Shown one piece after another: positions 46,730 through 55,493 of a DNA stretch of 64,000 bases. Both the position numbers and the translations under genes were made by a program. This stretch comes from Heteronotia binoei. Its lineage: Eukaryota. The stretch is taken from positions 11,408,001-11,472,000 of the forward strand of contig NC_083237.1 of assembly GCF_032191835.1 (NCBI RefSeq), written 5' to 3'. The notes beneath the pieces are model-generated. The model saw only the letters and a program-made list of their open reading frames with translations, was not told the origin of the DNA and searched no databases. Position 1 is the first letter of the stretch; the number at the start of each line of letters is the position of its first letter.

Positions 46730-46900
46730 GATGTGGAATGGTATGATATAGTCCAATCTCATCAGATCGCAAAAGCTAAGCATTGTTGATACTTGCATAG
46801 TGGATGGGTGTCCACAGATTCTGTAGAGGAAGGCAATGGTAAACCACTTCTGCTTCTTACTTGACTTGAATGTTCCTTGATGGAATCATCGTAAGTTGGT
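46730..46900 (+). mobile_element. Degenerate 5S-derived SINE
   Basis: caatctcatcagatcgcaaaagctaagca..ggatggg..gaggaaggcaatggtaaaccacttctg. Confidence 0.6.
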
Positions 46901-47517
46901 TGTGCTTTGTCAGCAACGTACATCCACGTTTGAGTTTTATTTCCATCTTGGGAGTTGTTGGGCTGTACAGCTTCTAAGTCATGAAAGAGTATGCAAAATC
47001 CTCCAAAAATATTTCTAATAAATTTAGTACAAGAGTAGAGAAAGATTTCCTTTCCTTTTTGTGTTGACAACCAGTGTGGTACGGCGACTAGAATGTCAGG
47101 TTAGGATGTGGGAGATCTGAGTTCAATTCTCATTCAGGCATAACTTTGGTCTATCCACCCACAACCTAATCTACCCACCACACAGTGTCATTGCGAGAAT
47201 AAATCAGAGAATGGGAGAAGTGTGGATGCTATCCTTAGCCTCTTAGAGGAAGGTTGGGATAAAAATTAGGAGGGAGGGAGGAGCTGTGGTAGGTACCCAG
47301 CACATTTCAAAGTGCTGCCTACCAGAGGGAAGGTTTTGCCTTATAGAGGCTGGGCTACTGTCTTCTCAAGACAGGACTCACACCACATTCTCTTGTTATA
47401 GTGCTGAGTAACTCACGTCACTTGGCATTAATGGTGTCAATGTATGCTTAAATTCAACAACAGCCATTGTATCCAAGATCGTCGGTGGTAGAAAGGGCTG
47501 TCACATGATGACCCATA

Positions 47518-47734
47518 TATATATGAACATATGAAGCTGCCTTATACTGAATCAGACCTTTGGTCCATCAAAGTCAGTATTGTCTTCTCAGACTGGCAGC
47601 GGCTCTCCAGGGTCTCAAGCTGAGGTTTTCCACACCTATTTGCCTGGACCCTTTTTTGGAGATGCCAGGGATTGAACCTGGGACCTTCTGCTTCCCAAGC
47701 AGATGCTCTACCACTGAGCCACCGTCCCTCCCCC
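47518..47734 (-). mobile_element. tRNA SINE family A
   Basis: Near-complete reverse-complement copy. Confidence 0.88.
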
Positions 47735-47744
47735 TACAAAACAA

Positions 47745-48436
47745 AAGCAATGAACCTTCAACTTCAAGCCTTAAAAGTCCTTACGCGATGGTACAGGACT
47801 CCAGTGCAGTTAGCACACTCATCCTCTATCTCGCCTCTCTGTTTTAAGAATTGTGGCCAGAAGGGCACATTTTTTCACTCTTGGTGGCTATGCCCAGTCA
47901 TAAATAGCTTTTGGAGGCAAATCTACCAAGAAGTACTAGCTCTCACTTCACACTCTCCACCATTTACGCCTGAATACGCTCTTTTGAATCTTATAGGCAC
48001 CTCAAACACTTCCGAACCTGTAGAGGAATTGATCTCGCATATGTTTGTGGCTGCTAAATTTGCAATAGCCCTAGTCTGGAAGCAGCAATCTCCTCCCTCA
48101 CGATGGACTTGGTGGTTGAAATTGTGGGATTATTTTGTTTTCGATAAACTTACTTATGATTTAGACCCCCATCGTTCTCAACAAATTGCTTCCCTGAGTT
48201 TTAAGAAAAATGGCGTCCCTTTATAGACAAAGCTGATAACAATATTCCTAGTAACTCTTACCATGCTATACTCATGTCATGTCAATTGTTGTTGTAATTT
48301 TGCTCTAAGATGGCCTATGGTGTACGCACCTACTTCCCTGTTCTGTATTGGTACTTGGTGCACGCTTACTGATTTGTTGATGTATTTGTACCGTGTTTCT
48401 CAATTCAATAAAGCATTTTAGAAATTGGGAAAAAAA
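47745..48436 (+). mobile_element. L1-clade LINE 3' fragment (ORF2 C-terminal Cys/His region)
   Basis: KVLTRWYRTP..CFKNCGQKGTFFHSWWLCPVINSFW..AAKFAIALVWK; aataaa and A-rich tail at 48407-48436. Confidence 0.85.
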
Positions 48437-48439
48437 GGG

Positions 48440-48645
48440 CTGTCAAGTCTTGGATAACTTACAGTGACCCTGCAGGGTTTTCAAGGCAAGAGGGAAACAG
48501 AGCTGGTGGTCACCAACCTGACAAGGGATGGGCGTTGCCCGCCTCTGCATCATGACCCCAGGCTTCCTTGTGGTCTCCTGTCCTAGTACTAACCATCTTA
48601 GCTTCTGAGATCTCGGCTAGCCTGGGCCATCTAGGGCAGGGCATG
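48440..48645 (-). mobile_element. 5S-derived SINE
   Basis: tactaacc..ttagcttctgagatctc..gcctgggccatc, the reverse complement of a 5S-like head, preceded by ttttcaaggcaagag. Confidence 0.6.
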
Positions 48646-48686
48646 TATATGAGAAATGCCTCCTAACCTTGGGGCACTAACACTCT

Positions 48687-48973
48687 GGGCGTTTTCGCAC
48701 TCACCTTCAAGTGGCGCGACCACCCTCTTCACAGCGGAGGATCTGCGCGGATTTCGCACAAGAAGCGCTGGAGCAGCCAAAAGAGCCGGAAAGTTCCATC
48801 GCGAAAGCCGCTCAAACGGAAACCGCCAAGAAGCAGGAAAACGGTTGAGCGGCTTTCGCGACGGAACTTTCCGGCTCTTTTGGCTGCTCCAGCGCTTCTT
48901 GTGCGAAATCCGCGCAGATCCTCCGCTGTGAAGAGGGTGGTCGCGCCACTTGAAGGTGAGTGCGAAAACGCCC
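48687..48973. mobile_element. Palindromic MITE, 287 bp, PIF/Harbinger-like
   Basis: Arms gggcgttttcgcactcac / gtgagtgcgaaaacgccc; 3-bp TSD tct; colinear with 25117-25403. Confidence 0.8.
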
Positions 48974-49282
48974 TCTCTGTCTCACCTTCCTTACAGGGTT
49001 GTTGTGAGTACAAAACAGAGCAGAGAATGGTGTATACCTTCCTGTTTAATTTTTCAACTAACATGTTCATGTGCATCCTCTCTTTCTCACGCACACATAT
49101 GGAAATCTATTTTTGTCTTTTCTTTGCAAATAAATCTCAGTATTTACGTAGATCTCCGTCAAGGTATCATCTGTCCTTTATGTACCTAGTTAACATCCCT
49201 TAATGATTGCACTACAAACTGTGCTTCTTTGTTGTCTTTGGTGCCCCTGACAATCACTTTCTCTTTTTCAGAAGCTTTCGAA

Positions 49283-50251
49283 ATGTCCAAGACAAATGGA
49301 ACCATCGGTAAAGTCAATGAATTTATTTTGCTAGGATTCGCTGTAGTCTGGCAGGTGGAAATTGTCTTCTTTGCATTGCTGCTTGTTGTCTACCTGCTTA
49401 CCATCACTGGAAATGTGGTTATTATTACAGCCACTTGGGCTGACCATCGACTTCACAGTCCCATGTACTTCTTCCTTTGCAACCTCTCCTTCCTGGATGC
49501 CATGGTGGCCACGGCCATTGCTCCCAAGATGACGAGGGACTTCTTATCCAAGAAGAAGACCATCTCTGTGTCCGGCTGCATCTCTCAGTGTTACTTCTAC
49601 TTCTTTTTGGGCACCACTGAGTTCATCCTCTTGGCTGTCATGTTCTTGGACCGGTACGTTGCAATCTGCAATCCACTTCGTTATTCCACCATTATGAATG
49701 TACGTTTGACAATCCAGTTGCTGCTTGTGTCTTGGGTTGGGGGGTTCCTTTCTGTCCTTTCTCCTATCATTATCATCTCAATGTTGCCTTTCTGTGGTCC
49801 CAACATCATTGACCATTTCTTCTGTGACATTGAACCACTGATCAGGCTCTCTTGTGCTGACACTTCCCTCCTGGAGATGATAGAGTTTTCCCTGTCTACC
49901 ATTGTGTTGTTGAGTTCTCTGATGCTGACAGTGGTCTCCTATGTCTATATCATCACCACCATCCTCCGCATCTCATCCAGCACAGGCCGGAAGAAAACCT
50001 TCTCCACTTGTGCCTCCCACATCACAGTGGCCTCTGTCTTCTATGGGAGTGCCATTTTCATGTACATAGTGCCCAACAAAGGGTTTTCCTTTGGCCTCAA
50101 GAAAGCAGTGACCCTCCAAACCTGCGTTGTCACTCACTTGCTCAACCCATTCATCTATACCCTAAGGAATCAGCAAGTCAAAGAGGTGCTAAAGCATGCC
50201 GTGTCCCGGCTCTCAGCCACCAAGAAGCATCTGAAGAAAAATTCTGGTTAA
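49283..50251 (+). CDS. Olfactory receptor, class II (family 6-like), open 322-aa ORF
   Basis: ATG at 49283 after acceptor ttttcag (AG 49270-49271); NGT sequon, [41 protein letters not shown]. Confidence 0.93.
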   Translation: MSKTNGTIGKVNEFILLGFAVVWQVEIVFFALLLVVYLLTITGNVVIITATWADHRLHSPMYFFLCNLSFLDAMVATAIAPKMTRDFLSKKKTISVSGCISQCYFYFFLGTTEFILLAVMFLDRYVAICNPLRYSTIMNVRLTIQLLLVSWVGGFLSVLSPIIIISMLPFCGPNIIDHFFCDIEPLIRLSCADTSLLEMIEFSLSTIVLLSSLMLTVVSYVYIITTILRISSSTGRKKTFSTCASHITVASVFYGSAIFMYIVPNKGFSFGLKKAVTLQTCVVTHLLNPFIYTLRNQQVKEVLKHAVSRLSATKKHLKKNSG

Positions 50252-50299
50252 GTTCTAGGTGCTGATAACATGTTTCTCAGTGGAAAGAGAATAATAGAG

Positions 50300-50580
50300 T
50301 CATAAAATAATGGAGTTGGAAGGCACCTCCAGAGTCATCTCGTCCAACCCCCTGCACAATGCAGGAAATTCACAAATACTGTCCCCTAAATTTACAGGAT
50401 CCTCATTGCTATCAGATGGCAATCTAGCCTCTGTTTAAAAACCTCCAAGAAAGGAGAGCCCACCACCTCCTGAGGAAGCCTGTTCTACTGAGAAACCACT
50501 CTGTCAGGAAGTTCTTCCTAATGTTGAGCTGGAAACTCTTCTGATTTAATTTTAACCCATTGGTTCTACCTTCTGGCACC
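50300..50580 (-). mobile_element. Second CR1 family, 3' fragment
   Basis: Minus ORF RTNGLKLNQKSFQLNIRKNFLT; tail ggagttggaaggcacctccagagtcatc. Confidence 0.75.
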
Positions 50581-51445
50581 ACAGAAAACAATGAAACATA
50601 ACAATGGCCATCATTTGAAAAAAAAGGGATCTCCAGCACAAAAGCATTTGATGAGGGATACATCCACATAGAGGGTTTTATCTGCCTTTGCTTCCAAATT
50701 GCAGAGGAGCTGGTGGGGGGGGGGGGGGCAGGTGTCCACATCATCCTCTAATCATCGACTTTTCAGACTTTCCCAGTCTTATATATGCCTTTTCTCAAAT
50801 CTAGTTTGATATGATCTTACCAGAAAGAACGCAGAGCAAGTTAGCTAGCTGTCTGAATGGGAACCTGCATTTTTGCAAAAGTCCTGTCCACACTGGCACC
50901 ATTTCCCTTCCTGGAGGAAGATAAAGGAGTGTGTGTATTAATCAGTAATTGAAATTATGAAATAGTCAATGATGTTATAATGATCTGTGGCCATGATCCA
51001 CCACCTTATTTAACGGAAAGGAAAACTAGCATTGTTGGGTTGTTTGCGGTTTTGTCTGATTGTTTTCCCCAGTACTGCCATCAAGAAAATAGAGTTGTTT
51101 TAAATTCCCATGCAAATTACATGTACATAAAAAAAAAGTGTATGATACTGAAAATTCCTCCCTCCCTCCCTCCTATGCTTCTTTTGAACTTCCAACATAT
51201 TTTCATCCTTCAAGCAAGAACTTTAACATTTCCAACACTTAGAAAAAAATAACCATTCAGTTTTAGGTAGGGGTGGAACTCTAGCAGGAGCTCCTTTACA
51301 TATGTTATGGGCAGTTTTCGTCTTACCGAGAAAACGCCGAACAAGGGGTCAGCAACAAGCGGGTTTATTTTGAATACATGGTTTTGCAAAAGCACGGAGA
51401 GAATGCACCTAGAGTAGGGGCAGACTCTGATGTTTGTGTCGCAGC

Positions 51446-52288
51446 TAGGGTGGCCAGACCGTCCCGGTCTCCCGGGACATTCCCGGATCTGGCCACCCAA
51501 TCCCGGATCCCGGGCTGCCTATACCGGGACCATTAAAGGTCCCGGTTTAGGCAGCCCCGGAGCCGGTGGGCCGCGGGCGGGGAAGGCGGGGAGTGAGGGA
51601 GGGAGCGTCCCTGCGCCTGCGCAGGGCCCCTGCGCACGCGCAGGGACGCTCCCACCCTCACTCCCCGCCTTCCCCGCCCGCGCGCGGGGCCCGGCGGCAG
51701 TGGTGGAGGCCTCTCCGTGGCCTCCACTGGTCGCTGGAAGCCCTCCAGAGACTCTGGAGGGCCTCCAGCGACCAGCGGAGGCCGCGGAGAGGCCGCGGGG
51801 CACCCGGCGCTGGTCCCGGAAGGCCTTCCAGAGCCTCTGGAAGGCCTTCGGGGACCAGCGCCGGCCAGCGAAGGCTTCCCCGCGGCCTCCGCTGGTCCCT
51901 GGAGGCCCTCCAGAGTCTCTGGAGGGCCTCCAGGGACCAGCGGAGGCCGCGGGGAAGCCGCGGGGCACCCGGCGCTGGTCCCGGAAGGCCTTCCAGAGGC
52001 TCTGGAAGGCCTTCCGGGACCAGCGCCGGCCAGCGAAGGCTTCCCCGCGGCCTCCGCTGGTCCCTGGAGGCCCTCCAGAGTCTCTGGAGGGCCTCCAGGG
52101 ACCAGCGGAGGCCGCGGGAAAGCCGCGGAGCAGCCGGCGCTGGTCCCTGGAGGCCTCCAGAGGCCAGCCCCGGCAGTTCCCTCCCTCCCTCGCCGCGAGG
52201 CCGCCGCCGGAGGACTCCCCGCCACCGCCGCCGCTGGATCCGCCCCCCTGGAATAAGGTAAGGGGGCCGAAAGCGGAGGGGGGGGCGG
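51446..52288. mobile_element. Left end of a GC/CpG-rich TIR element (tagggtggccaga), running into an N gap
   Basis: Terminus resembles the hAT-type TAGGGT ends elsewhere in the window; extreme GC and CpG content against an AT-rich background. Confidence 0.55.
51700..52170. repeat. GC-rich 165-bp tandem repeat (~2.8 units) built from alternating palindromes
   Basis: cacccggcgctggtcccggaagg at 51801 and 51966; perfect palindromes at 51873-51959 (87 bp) and 51969-52029 (61 bp). Confidence 0.9.
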
Positions 52289-52937
52289 NNNNNNNNNNNN
52301 NNNNNNNNNNNNNNNNNNNNNNNNNNNNNNNNNNNNNNNNNNNNNNNNNNNNNNNNNNNNNNNNNNNNNNNNNNNNNNNNNNNNNNNNNNNNNNNNNNNN
52401 NNNNNNNNNNNNNNNNNNNNNNNNNNNNNNNNNNNNNNNNNNNNNNNNNNNNNNNNNNNNNNNNNNNNNNNNNNNNNNNNNNNNNNNNNNNNNNNNNNNN
52501 NNNNNNNNNNNNNNNNNNNNNNNNNNNNNNNNNNNNNNNNNNNNNNNNNNNNNNNNNNNNNNNNNNNNNNNNNNNNNNNNNNNNNNNNNNNNNNNNNNNN
52601 NNNNNNNNNNNNNNNNNNNNNNNNNNNNNNNNNNNNNNNNNNNNNNNNNNNNNNNNNNNNNNNNNNNNNNNNNNNNNNNNNNNNNNNNNNNNNNNNNNNN
52701 NNNNNNNNNNNNNNNNNNNNNNNNNNNNNNNNNNNNNNNNNNNNNNNNNNNNNNNNNNNNNNNNNNNNNNNNNNNNNNNNNNNNNNNNNNNNNNNNNNNN
52801 NNNNNNNNNNNNNNNNNNNNNNNNNNNNNNNNNNNNNNNNNNNNNNNNNNNNNNNNNNNNNNNNNNNNNNNNNNNNNNNNNNNNNNNNNNNNNNNNNNNN
52901 NNNNNNNNNNNNNNNNNNNNNNNNNNNNNNNNNNNNT

Positions 52938-53730
52938 GCAGAGTGTTGGACTGGATGGGCCACTGGCCTGATCCAACAGGGCTTCTCTTATGTTCTTATG
53001 TGACGCAGAGTGTTGGACTGGATGGGCCACTGGCCTGATCCAACAGGGCTTCTCTTATGTTCTTATGTGATGCAGAGTGTTGGACTGGATGGGCCACTGG
53101 CCTGATCCAACAGGGCTTCTCTTATGTTCTTATGTGACGCAGAGTGTTGGACTGGATGGGCCACTGGCCTGATCCAACAGGGCTTCTCTTATGTTCTTAT
53201 GTGACGCAGAGTGTTGGACTGGATGGGCCACTGGCCTGATCCAACAGGGCTTCTCTTATGTTCTTATGTGACGCAGAGTGTTGGACTGGATGGGCCACTG
53301 GCCTGATCCAACAGGGCTTCTCTTATGTTCTTATGTGACGCAGAGTGTTGGACTGGATGGGCCACTGGCCTGATCCAACAGGGCTTCTCTTATGTTGTTA
53401 TGTGATGCAGAGTGTTGGACTGGATGGGCCACTGGCCTGATCCAACAGGGCTTCTCTTATGTTGTTATGTGACGCAGAGTGTTGGACTGGATGGGCCACT
53501 GGCCTGATCCAACAGGGCTTCTCTTATGTTGTTATGTGATGCAGAGTGTTGGACTGGATGGGCCACTGGCCTGATCCAACAGGGCTTCTCTTATGTTGTT
53601 ATGTGATGCAGAGTGTTGGACTGGATGGGCCACTGGCCTGATCCAACAGGGCTTCTCTTATGTTATTATGTGACGCAGAGTGTTGGACTGGAGGGGCCAC
53701 TGGCCTGATCCAACAGGGCTTCTCTTATGT
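52938..53730 (+). repeat. Tandem array of 12 visible 67-bp units, each a CR1 3' terminus (stem-loop plus ttcttatg tail)
   Basis: cagagtgttggactgga recurs at 52939+67n up to 53676; left end hidden in the gap. Confidence 0.95.
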
Positions 53731-53792
53731 GACAATACTGACTTTGGTGGACCCAAGCACTGATTCAGTGTAAGGGAGCTTTGTGTTTGTGT
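53730..53792 (+). mobile_element. 3' fragment of tRNA SINE family A fused to the array
   Basis: gacaatactgactttggtggacccaagcactgattcagtgtaagggagct matches the family A tail. Confidence 0.7.
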
Positions 53793-53801
53793 CTTCTAGT
53801 G

Positions 53802-54709
53802 CAATTTTGTTCTCAGATCCTGTATTTACTTCATCAGTATATGGGATAAGGCACTTTCTCAACTGTGCTGCATAATGCAGCCTATTTATTTTGTCCTGTT
53901 GGCTCTGTTGGCTCTATCTGCGCCACCTTCATCACTTTCGGGGTGTGGATCCCCCAGTGGAGTGGTCTCCCGACTCCCTCCGCCGGCTGTTTCTGATAGC
54001 CCTGTGCCCCCTCTTTCATTTGATATGTGTCCCGTGCGGGTGCCACCCTCCCGCCGGGAGATGCCGCAAAATGAGCCCCCTTGAGGCTTATGGCGGCAGG
54101 GCTCGGGGGAAGCGAGCTAGACTGCTGTTCTTTTGAGGGGTTATAGAGTGTTTCGAGCCCGTCCCTGTGGCATCGGTCCCATCATTGTGGGGCCCAGGGG
54201 GCCGGCGCAGCGGCACGCTGAAGCAGCCTGTCGGTCACTTCCAGGTTCCTGTCCTGCATCTTGACCGGTGTTATTAGTGACAGGCTGCTTCGGCGTGCCG
54301 CTGCGCCGGCCCCCTTGGTCCCACAACGATGGGACCGATGCCACAGGGACGGGCTCGAAACACTCTATAACCCCTCAAAAGAACAGCAGTCTAGCTCGCT
54401 TCCCCCGAGCCCTGCCGCCATAAGCCTCAAGGGGGCTCATTTTGCGGCATCTCCCGGCGGGAGGGTGGCACCCGCACGGGACACATATCAAATGAAAGAG
54501 GGGGCGCAGGGCTATCAGAAACAGTCAGCGGAGGGAGTCGGGAGACCACCCCACTGGGGGATCCACACCCCGAAAGTGATGAAGGTGGCGCAGATAGAGC
54601 CAACAGAGCCAACAGGACAAAATAAATAGGCTGCATTATGCAGCACAGTTGAGAAAGTGCCTTATCCCATATACTGATGAAGTATATACAGGATTTGAGA
54701 ACAAAATTG
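53802..54709. repeat. Large inverted duplication: two ~431-bp arms with a 46-bp spacer
   Basis: 53802-54232 is the reverse complement of 54279-54709 with roughly ten substitutions (hand count); mirror ORFs 53875-54084 (+) and 54427-54636 (-). Confidence 0.95.
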
Positions 54710-54976
54710 TTTCCGGCGGTGATATTTGGGGGATTTTTGGGGACGTCACAGGAAGTGCTGTGAAGTCACTTCCTGTTTCCGGCAGGTGACGCGGGGGAAA
54801 TGATGTCACAGGAAGTGATGCCACTTCCTGTTTCCGGTGGTGGCATGACATCACCGGAAGTGACGTCACCGGAAGTGACGTCACTTCCTGTTTCCGGCGG
54901 CGCCCGCACGCTTCGCGCGCACCCCCCCCCCCCCCCCAGTGTCCCTGGCTGGCCTTCAGACATTATGGTCACCCTA
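54710..54976. mobile_element. Right end of a TIR element (tatggtcacccta)
   Basis: The terminus is the reverse complement of a tagggtgacca-type TIR. Confidence 0.6.
54741..54897. promoter_or_regulatory. Cluster of ETS (C/AGGAAGT) and CRE (TGACGTCA) motifs, including two tandem CCGGAAGTGACGTCA composites
   Basis: Composites at 54854-54868 and 54869-54883; three modules of the form gaYRtcac-Mggaagtg..cacttcctgtttccgg. Function not shown. Confidence 0.55.
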
Positions 54977-55094
54977 GAGTTTACAAAAAAAAAAAGAACC
55001 TTGTAAGCTCCTGGAGGATTGGCTACATCAGGGGGTGTGGCCTAATATGCAAAGGAGCTCCTGCTAGAATCACACCCCTGGGTGTGCTTTGTCT

Positions 55095-55295
55095 GACTAG
55101 GATAGCCCAGGCTAGTTGAATCTCATTAGATCTCAGAAGCTAAGCAGGGTTAGCTCTGGTAGGTATTTGGAGAGGAGACCCTCAAGAAAGTCTAGGGCCT
55201 TGATAAAGGAGGCAGGCAATGGGAAACCATCTCTGAATGTCTCTTCCCTTGAAAATCCTACAACATTGCCATGAACCATTGGTAACTTGATGGCA
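55095..55295 (+). mobile_element. 5S-derived SINE
   Basis: ggatagcccaggctag..tctcattagatctcagaagctaagcagggt..ggaggcaggcaatgggaaaccatctctg. Confidence 0.7.
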
Positions 55296-55493
55296 CGTTC
55301 CACCACCACGTTCAGATATCCTGAAACTGAAATAATGCCTGGAATGTCCTGTTCCATTTTGCTCCTGGAATTTTGAGATGCCTGAAGTTCATTGCCCTGA
55401 AATGTTAGGAATGTTTCAGGCATTTTCAGCTTTTGGATTCTATAATATAGTGAGTTCAATGCAGAGAGGAGACGTGGTTGCTGTGATCATAAC

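Noticed and set aside
48656-49203. Overlapping ORFs with the same peptide on both strands
   Set aside because: A direct consequence of the palindromic MITE.
49229-49282. 18-codon N-terminal extension of the fourth OR in the ORF track
   Set aside because: Non-ATG start and spans the acceptor ttttcag at 49265-49271; the ATG at 49283 gives a typical OR N-terminus.
51430-53030. Long ORFs of 476-513 aa on both strands
   Set aside because: Products of stop-poor GC-rich palindromic repeats plus 649 Ns; no recognisable domain.
52938-53730. CRISPR-like regular array
   Set aside because: No unique spacers, the unit is a CR1 3' end, there are no cas genes, and the context is vertebrate.
53875-54636. 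Twin 69-aa ORFs with a signal-peptide-like start (MQPIYFVLLALLALS)
   Set aside because: They are mirror images created by the inversion, inside transposon-like sequence, with no recognisable mature peptide or other support.
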